The notes below the pieces were generated by a model. That model saw only the letters and a program-made list of their open reading frames with translations, was not told the DNA's origin and did not search any database. Below are positions 1 to 10,709 of a DNA stretch of 64,000 nt, piece by piece; the stretch's first letter is position 1, and every line of letters begins with the position of its first letter. The stretch lies in contig QPMI01000210.1 in NCBI GenBank assembly GCA_004431415.1, positions 1 to 64,000 on the forward strand, read 5' to 3'. Origin of the DNA: Cyanophora paradoxa CCMP329 (taxonomy: Eukaryota > Plantae > Glaucophyta). The translations under genes were made by a program, and so were the position numbers.

Positions 1-654
1 GGTCCTTGCCTTCGACGAGGCCGGCGGGCAGGTCCCCGCCCCCCGCCCCGCCCCCACCTCCGGCCCCGCCTCCGCCTCCGGCTCCAAGCCCCCGCCCCGC
101 GGCCGCTTCTAGCCTCGTCGCGCCGCGCCGCCGCCGTCGGCGAACGCTTGCTCTCGCGATCGGACGTGCCAGCGGGGCGAATGCACCGTAGAACCATGCT
201 GCTGCTCCTGCTGCTGCTGCAGGGGCCCGCCTGTGCGCACTGTTCAGAGTCCTAGGGCGCCTGCAGCCTAGGCCTGCAGGCTGCAGCTGCAGCTGCTCGT
301 CTAAGGTGAGCACGTGCAACGAAAGGTCGCGAGAACACGGCCGGTCGGATAAGGAAAAGAACACTTCCACAACTTGGGACCACAAGTGCACGTGCGCCGG
401 GCCGCCGGGGGCCGGCCGCGGCGCCGGCACACGACAGGGAGCACGCACCCGAAGCGCTTAGAGCTCAGCAAGGTGAAGCCTTGAAGACGCACGCTGTCTT
501 CGCTGGATCGACCGGCAGTTGGGTCATACTTTCGGACGTCGACGCGTACATCGCGCGACTGGTCCGCGGCCGACCTGTCGCTGGAATGCCTCCTTTCGGC
601 ACTAACTGCGCGCTTTCATCCGCCAGATCGCCAGTCACGGCTGCAGGGCGCGGG

Positions 655-3286
655 ATGGCCGCTTGCAATTGCGCCATGTTTTGCGGGGCGGCCGCGGCCG
701 CGACAGCTGTCCGGCCGGCTGCCTCGTTCCCTGCTTCCGCCGTCTCGGATCGGCTCATCGACGCTCCGCCGAGTCGCCTGCCACCGCCGCTGGCCAGGCC
801 TAATCGCCGCGCCTTTTTCGCGGGAACGGCGCGTGCGAATAGCCGCAGCTTCGCCGCGGCCAGTGCGTGTCTCTTTCTATCAGATCGTATGCAATGCGAT
901 CTCTGAAGCCTTGAAGACGCAGGCCTGTCCGAGTCTGGGTCGTCGGCCGCGGCCGTCGTCGTAGGGGCGCGGGCTGAGTTCGACGAGACGAAAGCCGCAG
1001 TCCCCAAGGCGCAGCAGGAGGCGGATGCGGAGGACCGCGAGGTCTGGGAGGAAACGGCGGCGGCGCCGGTCGTCGCGTTCGACTGGCGCAAACACTGGTA
1101 TCCGGTGGTCAGCGAACCCGCCCCGCCCCTCCTCCCTTCTCGGCGTCGAGTGCGGCGCCTCTGCAGACGTTCGTGGAGGACTTCCCGGCGGGCGTGCCGG
1201 TGCGCTTCTCGCTCTTCGACGAGCCGCTCGTCCTCTGGTCGGCGGCGGACGGGGCGATCCGCTGCGTGGCGGACCGCTGCCCGCACCGCGCCGTGCCCCT
1301 CTCCGAGGGCCGCGTCGTCCCCGAGGGCGAGCCCGGCGCCGGCACCCTCGAGTGCGGCTACCACGTGCGGCCCCGCCCCTCGCCCCCTCGCCCCCTTCCC
1401 CCCTTCCCCCCCCTCCCCCCCCCCCAACCCTCCTCCCCCCCCCGCCCACCCCCGTCCCCCTCCCCCCCCTTTCCCCTTCAAATTCATCCCCCGACCGGCT
1501 CTGACCCCGCGCCGTCGCAGGGCTGGCAGTTTAACGGTGCCGCCCGCCGCTCCCCCGGCCCTTCCCCGGCGACCCTCGGAGGGGAGGCGAGGTGAGGCGG
1601 GGCGCGGGGCGCAGGGGCGGGCGAGTGCACGCGGATCCCGCAGCTGCCGGCCGGCGTGGCGGTGAACGGGCGGCGGGCGTGCGCGGCGGCGCACGCGGTG
1701 GCGGTGCGGCAGGGGGTGGTCTTCGTGTGGGGCGAGGCGGGGGCGGCGGGCGACGAGTCTTCGATCCCGACGTCGGAGCTGCTCGAGCGGGCGGACATGG
1801 CCTGCGTCGACGTCGTCCGCGACCTGTCCGCCCGCCCCGCCCCCGCCCCGCCCCGCCCCCCGCCCCCGCCGCCGACGCGGGGCCGGCTGCAGGCCGTACG
1901 ACTACAACGTGCTGGTGGAGAACATCCTGGACCCGACGCACGTCCCCTTCGCGCACCACAACACGCCGCAGGGGAACCGCTACGCCTCGGGGCCCCTGAC
2001 CCTCTCCTTCACGGAGCGGCCCGGGCCCGACGGCCGCGGCCTCTTCAAGGCCGCCATCGCCTTCGGCCTCCAGGGCCGCGACCGGTGCGCCCGCCTCGCG
2101 ACCGCCGGCTGCATGCGCACCTCCGCGCGGCGATGCCTTCCCCGGCCCCCAGCGCCGACTCGGGCAACTTCCTCTACTTCCGACCGCCCGTCATGGGGGG
2201 CTACAACTACAGGCCCGCCCCGCCCCCTCGGAGCCCCTCCGCCAGCTGCAGGCCGCCGATCGTGGCGACGGGCGGCTGCGCAGGTTCCCGTTCGGGGAGG
2301 GCGGCTCGGTGGTGTACATGGTGCCCCTCGGCCACGGCCGCTCGCGCGTCCTCGCCCGGTGCGCATGCGCGGCGCCGGGGGGCCGCGCGGGGCGGCGGGG
2401 AGGGGGCGAGGGGGCGGGGGCAGCTTCCCCCGCAACTTCAAGAAGGAGGAGCTCCTCCGCAGGCCCCGCTTCGTCGACCACATGGAGCGGCGCGCCCCGC
2501 CGCCCCCGCCCCCGGCGCCGGCCGCCGCGCTCGTTGACGGGCCGCCGGCAGGAACCTGCTGCTGGACCAGGACCTCGTGCTCCTCATCGAGCAGGAGGCG
2601 CGCCTCCGCCCCGGGGGGTACGACTGGCGCCGCGAGTGGCACATGCCGGCCCCCTGCGACGCCTTCGTCGCCGCCTTCCGCCTCTGGATGGAGTCGGCGC
2701 GCCCCCGCCCCGCGCCCCGCGCCCAGGGCCGGCCTCTGACCGCGCGGCCGCCCGGCGGCAGGCGTGGGCGACGATGCCGAAGCAGGGGCGGGGCGGGGGC
2801 GGTGGGGCCGGGGCGCCTCGGCGGGGCAGCGGGAGGTGCTGGACCGGTACGAGCAGCACGTGCGGCTCTGCAGCAGCTGCTCCGCCGCCCTCCGCGCCAT
2901 CCAGCTCGCCCAGCAGGGCCTCGCCGCCGCCGCCCTCGCCCTCCTCGCCTCCGCCGCCCTCTACGGCCGCGTCGGGCCCGTCCCCGAGGCCGCCGCCGCC
3001 GCCGCCCCGGCCTTCGCCGCCGGGGCCACGCTCCTCGCGCTCGCCTGCGCCGCGGCGCTGCCGCCCCTCCGCGCCCTCGAGAAGCGCTTCTTCTACTTCC
3101 CCGAGGGGCGCGACAAGAGCCGGTGCGCGCCTCCCGCCAGAGCCCGCCCGCTAAGTGCAGGCCTAGGCCTATAGCTAGGTTGACCCACGCGAGGCGCACC
3201 CCGCCGCCCGCAGCCTGCCGGCCACACGCAAGGAGCTCAGCGTGGTCCGCGCCCGCGCCGCTGCCGCCGCCAAGAAGCAGGAGTAG
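655..3286 (+). CDS. Plastid-targeted Rieske non-heme iron oxygenase, PAO/TIC55/PTC52 family (multi-exon)
   Basis: Spliced translation gives WYPV, Rieske CPHRAVPLSEG...LECGYH|GWQF, the mononuclear iron motif ENILDPTHVPFAHH, LLDQD and a C-terminal REVLDRYEQHVRLCSSC (CxxC) followed by hydrophobic helices. The N-terminus is Ala/Ser/Arg-rich with AFFAG, like a transit peptide. One junction near 2700-2830 is unresolved. Confidence 0.9.
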
Positions 3287-4013
3287 AGTCCGCGGCCGGG
3301 ATCCGCGCGCTGCTGTGGTGTCTCGGGGCGGCTCGCGATCGTGTACACGTACCAGTCCTGCATTAGATTAAATTCAATGATTGATTTTCCGAGCTCAGAG
3401 AGATCTCGGATCCTGACCCCTCAGAAGATTTTAGGCTCCAATCTCATCGGCTTTGATGCGCTCGTGTATTCTACGAAATTCTCGCTGTAGTGATTCTTCT
3501 GAATTTGTAATTTGTAACTCAGTGTACAGTATTGCCATGGCCAGGCCTAGGTTGTGTGATTGACTTTGCGACTCGGCGAATGTAATCGCGATATTGACTC
3601 GGCGAAATCGCTGTTGCAATGACATGATTTTCAAGTTTAGGCCCCTTTTGTCGTTGTCCGCAAGCCCCGGCCCTCGAATCGATGACTAGTTCTAGTTTCG
3701 ATCATAAGTTGGTACTCGAACTCGAGCTATAGCGCTCGAGATCTAGATTGTTGACCAGGCCAGCGGCACGTGCACTGATCATGAGCCTCGTAGTCATGAT
3801 CCGGGGATCCGATGACCAGATCATCGGATCTAGAGACTCAGTGACAAATTACCAAGTTGCTTCCAGCTGCAGGGCTGCGAGCTTGTCAACGTCCGGGGCT
3901 AACGGTGCACGTGCGCATGCACGTGGAACTTCGGAAGTTGCTTCAGTACTCAAAATTCTATGACTCAGCCTCGCGATCGGGCCGCAGCCGCGTGCGGCTG
4001 GCTGGCTGGCCGT

Positions 4014-4045
<32 letters not shown>

Positions 4046-4220
4046 GGGGAGGGGAGGGGGGCCTTTATAGGCCTGTGCGAGGAGGGCGGCGGCGGCGGCG
4101 GCCTGCAGCTGATCATGAGCATGCACGCGCGGGAGGGGAAGGCCCACGGCGTTCAGGCGTGGCGGCGCCGGCGGCGCGGGGCGTGGACGGGAAGCCCACG
4201 GCGCGAATGCGCATATGCAT

Positions 4221-4364
4221 TGTTGCGTGCAGTGTGAGGACCCGGGATGATTCGGGGAATCACTAGCCTCTCGCGAGATGGCCTATTGGTAGAACTGCCG
4301 CCTTGACACCCCTTAGTCGTTGGTTCGACTCCGGCTGGGTCCGGGTCGCAACGCGTCCATAACA
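4221..4364 (+). repeat. 5' LTR (144 bp)
   Basis: Identical to 4676-4819 by base-by-base comparison. Confidence 0.95.
4272..4344 (+). promoter_or_regulatory. tRNA-like internal Pol III (type 2) promoter in the LTR; second copy at 4727-4799
   Basis: A-box TGGCCTATTGG (4279-4289) and B-box GGTTCGACTCC (4322-4332) lie at tRNA spacing. A T-arm GTTGG-TTCGACT-CCGGC can fold. The anticodon and acceptor stems do not pair canonically. Confidence 0.75.
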
Positions 4365-4675
4365 TGGGGGCTGCTAACGGACCTGGTTCGACTCCCGACG
4401 AGGGATAGACCGGGCTTCGAATCCCACGCGGGGCGCTAGGAAGCGCTGGCTGAGGGCCGCTGCATCGCGGTACCCCGATAAGCCCGGCACCTGCATCGGT
4501 GGCCGCCGAAGAGCCTAGAAACTGCGCGCACGGAAAAAAGCGGCAGTTGCGGCTGTGTGAAGTGGGTGTCACGTGCGGCATGTGACCGAGGTTGAGATCG
4601 CGAGTTGTGAGGTGAAATGCAGCAATGGAACCGCACGGAAGGATCTCGGGGTCGAGATCACCGTGGCGGGGGGGA

Positions 4676-4819
4676 TGTTGCGTGCAGTGTGAGGACCCGG
4701 GATGATTCGGGGAATCACTAGCCTCTCGCGAGATGGCCTATTGGTAGAACTGCCGCCTTGACACCCCTTAGTCGTTGGTTCGACTCCGGCTGGGTCCGGG
4801 TCGCAACGCGTCCATAACA
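4676..4819 (+). repeat. 3' LTR (144 bp)
   Basis: Identical to 4221-4364. Confidence 0.95.
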
Positions 4820-6133
4820 GCATGCGCAGCTGTACATGCGCATGCAGCCGCAGTCGCGATTGCGCATGCGATCGATATCGGCGACGCCCAGGCCCTGCAG
4901 CTGAAGGATCGCGATCGGATCCGGAGCCTCGCGGCCGGCGCCCCCCAACCGGGATCCTCGGCCACGCGCGGTGTTAACGTTAACGTTCAAGGAACGTCGA
5001 CAGTCGACTCGCGGCCAGCCCCGGGCCCGGCCGCGGCGCCGGCGCGGCCCAGCGCTAGCCGCGGCTGATGAGCCGCTTCAAGCGCTAGCCCGCTTGAGCC
5101 AGGCTCAGCCAGCTTGCAATTGCAATTTTTGTGACTCGGACGCGCGTCACACATATGTATATGCACGAGACGCGGTTAAATTCGAAAATTTTTCGAGTTC
5201 CGATTTCGAACAGGGGCTTTGAAACGGTGATCAGTTGGGGCCGCGTGGGGGGTACGGTACCGTCGGAAACTTAAAACCACTCTACAGACTTAGCGCTTTC
5301 GTAGTTTTATAGCAAGCGATCGCGAAGAAAGCACGCGACGCGTACGGTACGTCAGCTGCGGTCAGCACTAGTACTGACTCAGCAGGCGCGTCGACGTCGT
5401 CACTGACTCGTCAGCAAGCTTGCAATTGCGACCCAAAACTTATGACTCTTATCCTACACGCAGCGACGTCGACGAAACTTAATCCAACGCGAACGTCGAC
5501 CCCACTGGGCCAGCAGCGCTCATCGGATCTGCGGGCCTGGGAGGCTGGGACTGCGGCTGCTTCTCCGATTGCATGCACGTGCGCACGCGTGCAGCTGCCG
5601 ACAAGCTTGAGCTTCATCAGCTAGCGCGCCGGCGCCGCAGCCGCTATAGCTGTAGCCGTTGAGCGCTGGTCCCGACTAGTACTCCCAAGCAGCAGCTGCA
5701 GGATTCGATCAGCGCCGGAGGATTCCCTTCGCTCAGGCGCGTTTACGTTATTCAGCCACCGGTACCGTACGCGTCTCTGGAATCTGGATTGCGAAACTGC
5801 AGCCGTCAGAGAGCCCTTGGCGCCGTTGCCAAGTTGGCGGCCTGCTGCGGTTGCGCCCACCCGATAAATCTGGATTGAGAGCTGCACCTGCAGCTGTGCA
5901 GTTGTCAGCACGGCAAGCGGAGAACTCCAGAAGCTAGCGCTTTAGAAGCGCGCGCGCCCACGTGCACGTGCACTGCAGCCTAAGGCCGCCACCCAGGACC
6001 CTCAGAGTTGCAGTTTGAAGCAGCTAGAACCCGCCACAGCGTTATCCTAGAGATAGCGGATCCAATCGCAACAGCTGCATCTTCAACAGCTCCAAGACCT
6101 CACGCGCAAACGCTGGCGCCCTCGGGTTCGCGG

Positions 6134-7169
6134 ATGAGGTCGAGGCACAAGACGCATTCGCGCCGCGATCGCAAGTCCAAGCTCCTCGTGGTGAGATCTG
6201 AGCCTCGGCGGGCGTGGAGGGGCGGGGCAGGGCGGGGCACGCTGACGCGTGGGGGGCGGGGCGGCGGGGGCAGGTGGACGACATGGCGATGAACCGCCTC
6301 GTGTGCTCCCGCCTCGCGTCGGACGCCCTCAGGAGGGAGGGGCTCGCCGACCGCGTCGACGTCGAGGCGCCTCCGCCCCGCCCCCGCCCCCGCCCCTCCC
6401 GCCGCCCCTCACCAGCGCCGGCGCCCCTCACTCAGGTCGCCGCCGACGGCTTCGACGTCGTCGAGGCGTACCGCAGGGGCGAGCGCTACAGCCTCATCCT
6501 GAGTGCGCCCCCGCCCGGCGTCCCCGCCGCCCGGCCCGGCGCCCCCGCCCGAGCTCGAGCGCGCCCTGACCGTCGACCGCGACCGGCCGCCCCCGCCCTG
6601 CTCCAACCCCAAAGTGGACCTCGAGATGGTGCGCGGATGGCGTGCGGCCGGGGCGAGGGGGGGCGGGGCGGGGCGGCGCTGAGGCGGGGCGGGGCCCGAG
6701 GTGCAGCCGCGGCTGGACGGGATGTCGGCGTGCCGGGGGATCCGGGACCTGGTGGCCCTGGGGCGGCCCTCCGTGCGCACCGCCCCGTGCTTCTCCTCGC
6801 GGCGCCACCGGGGCGAGCTCGCGTCGGAGTGCGGGTGGGAGGAGGGGGCGGGGGCGGCGGGGGCCGGCCCCGGCAGCTCCTCCGAGTCGGAGTCGGACTC
6901 GGAGGAGGCGGAGCCGCCGGTCATCCTCGCCTGGAGCTCCGCCCCCGAGCTCCTCCAGCAGCGGCCCAACGACGCCGCCCTCTTCGAGTCCGCCCCGCCC
7001 CCCGCCCCCCCGCCCCCGCGCCCCCGGGCCCCGCCCCTCACCGCCCCGCCTCCGCAGCGGCACCCTTCCCAAGCAGCTGCGCGCCGAGCAGCTGGCGGCG
7101 GTGGCGCAGCTGCTCCGCGAGCGGCAGCAGCGCCGCGCTCAGCGCAGCGCCGGCACGTCCAACCGATGA
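6134..7169 (+). CDS. Stand-alone response regulator receiver-domain protein (multi-exon)
   Basis: Spliced: KLLV|VDDMAMNRLV...VE|VAADGFDVVEAY...YSLILMDLEM|PRLDGMSACRGIR...VILAWSS...LPKQL. The acidic pair, phosphoacceptor Asp, Ser and Lys of REC domains are present. Confidence 0.85.
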
Positions 7170-8129
7170 CCGCCCCCGCCCCCGGCCTCCCCCCGCTCCT
7201 CCCCGAGCTCCCCTCTCCCGAGCCGCGTCCGCCGTCTCCTCCGCCCCCGCCACGAGCGTCCCCCCTGTCTCCCCGTCGCCCTCCTTCGAATCCCTCTGTC
7301 CGAGCCGGCCCCGTGCCCCTCCCTCGCCCCCTGACAACCCCTGACGCGCGCCCCCGAGCGAGGCCCCGGCCGCCTTGGCCAGATTCCTTCCCCCAAGCAC
7401 CCCTCACGCTTCTTTCCGCGCCCCCGGCCCCCTCCCCGTCTCCGGGACCGCCCCAATGCCGATGCCACTCCAGAGTCTTTCTTTCCCATCACTGATGCAT
7501 GTATTCGTGCGCCGCTATAACTTCAATTGCAGGGCTTAGTGAGAGCCTATTTCACCATGTATTAGAGCGTGGCCACCCCACCATGGCCACCCGGGCACTA
7601 CAGTAGTACAAGTAGCCCCGTCGAGACGACAGCATCCGTGTTGTACATGTTGTTCTTCGGCTCCGGTCACAATGTAATTTTGTATTTGCATCTGCAGTTA
7701 TCCGCGTTTGGTTAGTTGACGTCGAGGATATTTCAGTATCTCAGTATCAATCAATCAAGCGTAGAAATAGTACTAGGATACGTGTTGTTCCACCGCGATA
7801 TGCGAGTGAGTTAGGAATTCAATTAATGGAGAAATGCGAATCCGACACTGCGCATGCCAGTGCGACAGCGATCACGATAGACGCGGAGCCGCATATGCAA
7901 ATGCACACGAAATCAGACCAATTATTAACTGCAAGGACAACCGCCGGACAACCTGCAGCTGGCAGTATCTGACAGCAAGACTCGTGTGACAAAAATGGCA
8001 CAGATCTAGAGAGATGAAATGGGAGGGGCCCGGGGAAGGGGGGCGGGGAAGGGGGGAGCGGGGCGGGAGTGGGGGGGGGGGGGGGGGGGAGGGGGGGGGG
8101 CGCGGGGGGCGGGTGGTACACAGCGGGCG

Positions 8130-9827
8130 CTAGTGGTGCTGGGCGATGGCGACGCCGTCGTAGTAGCGGGGCGGCTGGGCGCGGGCCTCGGGCGTCGCCT
8201 CGCTGCCGGCGGCGTACGAGGCCGGCGAGGAGAAGCCGCGCTGCCCGAGCGGCGGCGTCGGCGGCGGCGGCGAGTCGCGCTCGCCGCCGCCGAAGGTGCG
8301 CATGATGAACTTGGTGAGGGACATGGACTCCTCGGGGGGCGCCCCCGGGGCGGGGCGCGCGCGGGGTTCGGAGCGCTGCGAGTCGCCGCCCTGGCCGGCC
8401 GCCCGCATCGCCTCCAGCTCGGCCCTCAGCGAGCCGGCCTCCTTCACCAGCCGCCTGCCCCCCGCCCCGCGCCTCGCACGGGCGCACACAAGCGCGCGCG
8501 CACACACAGACAGTCTGGGCGGGACGAAGCGCACCCGTACTCGAGCTTCCAGTCGAGCTCGCGGCCGATGGCCTGGTCGCTCTCGCGCCACGAGGTGCTC
8601 AGCTGGGGCGCGTGCTAGCGCTCAGGCGAGGAGAGCGGAGTGGAGGGCGGGGCGGGGGCACCTGCTGGCGGAGGCGCGCGCACTCGTCCTCGCGGTGCGC
8701 GAGGGCGCGCTTGAGGTCGCGAATCTCGTCGTCCTTCTTCCCCAGCTGCCCCTTGACCTTGACGTGCATGTCCTGCAGGAACTCCTGCATGCTCGCCAGC
8801 GCCTGCTGCGTCTCCCCCACCGACTGCTTCGCCCGCGCGTTCTCCCTGCACCGCCCCTCAGCGCCTCAGCGGCGCCGGCGGGGGCGCGGGGGGCGCGGGG
8901 GGACGGGCCGGAGGAGGTTCTGCTGGGCGTCGAGGGCGTGCTGGCACTCGGCGTCGCGGTGCTGGAGGCGGAGGGAGAGGTCCTCGGCGGCCGCCTGCAG
9001 CTCCTGCGCCGCCCGCTGCGCCTCCAGCAGCTCCTCCCGCAGCGCCGCCGTCTCGCGCGAGCGGCCCTCGAGCTGCTCCTCCATGCTCCTCATCTGCCGC
9101 TCCATCTCCACGATCGCCGCCTCCTTCGCCGCCTCCTGCTTCCGCCGCCCCGCGTACCTCCCGCAGATCTGGCGGCCCCCGCTCAGGCGGCCGGCGGCGG
9201 GGCGGGGGCGGGAGCGGGGCGGGGGCGCCTCGTCGAGGTCCTTGGCCTGCTCCTGCTGCAGGCGCCAGAGGTCGCGCGTCAGCTCGTCCCCCTCCTTCTC
9301 ACCCGCACGCGGCGACTTCTGCTCCGAGCGGAAGCAGCCCGCCACGCTGGCGATGCCGTCGAAGTTCGAGCTGCAGCACGCGTTCAGGATGCCTGCGCCC
9401 CGCAGCGAGGCCTCCACCTCCCCCTGCAGCCGCAGCGAGCGCTGCAGGCGGCTCGCCAGGCTGTGGCTTGTCGCCTCCAGCCGCTCGATCGTCTTCTGCC
9501 GCCCCAGCAGCTTCAGCAGCCGCTCCTTCAGCTCCGTCGCCTCCTGCGCCGCGCGCGCCTCGTTAGCTACCGCTGCCTCACTCGAGCTCGCTGCACGGCG
9601 GGAAGAGCGGCAGCTGCAGGCGCGAGGGGGCGAACCTTTGTCTCGTCCACGGCGCGTATTCGAATCGGAACTGTGACGAGCGTTTCTACATCGCCTGCGC
9701 CCTCGCCTTCTTCGCTCGGCAGGGAGGCCCGAATCGACGAGTCGGGTGTTGCGACCGCGTAGCCTCCGAAGTGCACGGGGGTCAGCGGCGGCTCGACCGG
9801 CCCGGCGGGGATGCGTCCGACCACCAT
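8130..9827 (-). CDS. Hypothetical coiled-coil protein (multi-exon)
   Basis: E/Q/R/L-rich heptad exons (ELKERLLKLLGRQKTIERLE; MEEQLEGRSRETAALREELLE; KKDDEIRDLKRAL) separated by short introns. Confidence 0.65.
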
Positions 9828-10107
9828 AGCTACGCTCGGCGATGGGATGCTGCACCGTCACAGCCTGCACGTCTGGCCCGCCGCGCGCCCGCTGAGTAAC
9901 GAGCAGCCTAGCCGCACACCAAGACACCTATTCAAAGCAGGAGAGCGGTCTGGGCTGGGCTTCGCGTGTCGTCGGCGCGGTTGAAGTAGTTGGGCTGTAG
10001 TTGAAACAGTAGTTCTTGCACGGGGGTAGACCGATTGCAGGCGCTCCTGTGCTGCGCACGGCAAACGCTAGATAGCACCGCACAGCGCGCGCGCGCGAAG
10101 TCCAGCC

Positions 10108-10506
10108 ATGCCGGCCGAGATCCAGGCGAAGCGCATCAGCATCGAGCCCAACAACTGCCCCATCGATGCGCCGCTGAACCTGGAGGTGGCGTACGAGAGC
10201 AGCGAAGCTATTGCATCGGCGGTCTGGGAGCTCTCCTACCTCGTCGACATGGCCGGCAAGCGGCAGGTCATCGCGCTGGGCTCCGTCGGCCCGCAGGCCG
10301 TGAGCAAGGGCGCCAACAGCTTCAAGTTCTCGGTGCCGGCCATTGACGTGTCAGGCGTGAAGAAGAGCACGCTGGCGAACACGGGCCTGCTGCAGTGCCA
10401 CCTGAAGGCGGGCGCGGAGGAGGTCGTCCAGTTGAACATCGTCACGCAAATCTCGAAGAAGGCCGACGGCTCGCTGCTTCGCACTATGTTCGACCCCCTC
10501 GAATAG
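10108..10506 (+). CDS. Divergent ASF1-like (histone chaperone fold) protein, 132 aa, intronless
   Basis: Clean ORF with strong codon bias. The pattern NNCPIDAPLNLEVAYE...WELSY...VSKGANSFKFSVPAIDVS parallels ASF1 DNPSPFYNPFQFEITFE...WKIIY...VPAGRHMFVFQADAPN. Confidence 0.6.
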   Translation: MPAEIQAKRISIEPNNCPIDAPLNLEVAYESSEAIASAVWELSYLVDMAGKRQVIALGSVGPQAVSKGANSFKFSVPAIDVSGVKKSTLANTGLLQCHLKAGAEEVVQLNIVTQISKKADGSLLRTMFDPLE

Positions 10507-10709
10507 CCCCCGCTGTCTCCCCGCGGTTCGAGCGCGCCCGCCGCCGCACGCCGTCTTGTGCTCCCCGCCCACCTCTGTCCGCCCTCTCCGCCCCTGCGCT
10601 GCTGCGTACCACGTCGTATGCCCATATAATAACAGGTTGCTATGATACAATTACCAGCAGCGCGCAGGCGGGGGTCCCTGGAGCGGCCCGGCGGGAGCGG
10701 CGGGGGCGG

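Larger units (their letters stand above)
4221..4819 (+). mobile_element. Non-autonomous miniature LTR retrotransposon (TRIM) with tRNA-derived LTRs
   Basis: Two identical 144-bp direct repeats with TGTT...AACA ends. 4-bp TSD GCAT (4217-4220, 4820-4823). PBS-like TGGGGGCT directly after LTR1 (4365-4372). Purine tract GGGGGGGA directly before LTR2 (4668-4675). The 311-bp interior has no recognisable coding sequence. Confidence 0.93.

Noticed and set aside
4014-4045. Long poly-G tracts (also near 11530 and 24856) as functional elements
   Set aside because: These are low-complexity tracts, often intronic, and their length is unreliable in assemblies.
4272-4344. Functional tRNA gene in the LTR
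   Set aside because: The anticodon stem (GCCGC/CCCCT) and canonical acceptor stem do not pair. Only the promoter boxes and T-arm remain.
4366-4400. tmRNA-like 5' end (GGGGCTG...TTCGAC)
   Set aside because: No matching tmRNA 3' acceptor end or tag ORF; the PBS plus B-box explains the sequence.
4221-4819. Retrozyme (hammerhead) or CRISPR-like array
   Set aside because: There is no CUGANGA...GAAA core with proper stems, and only two long repeats with LTR hallmarks.
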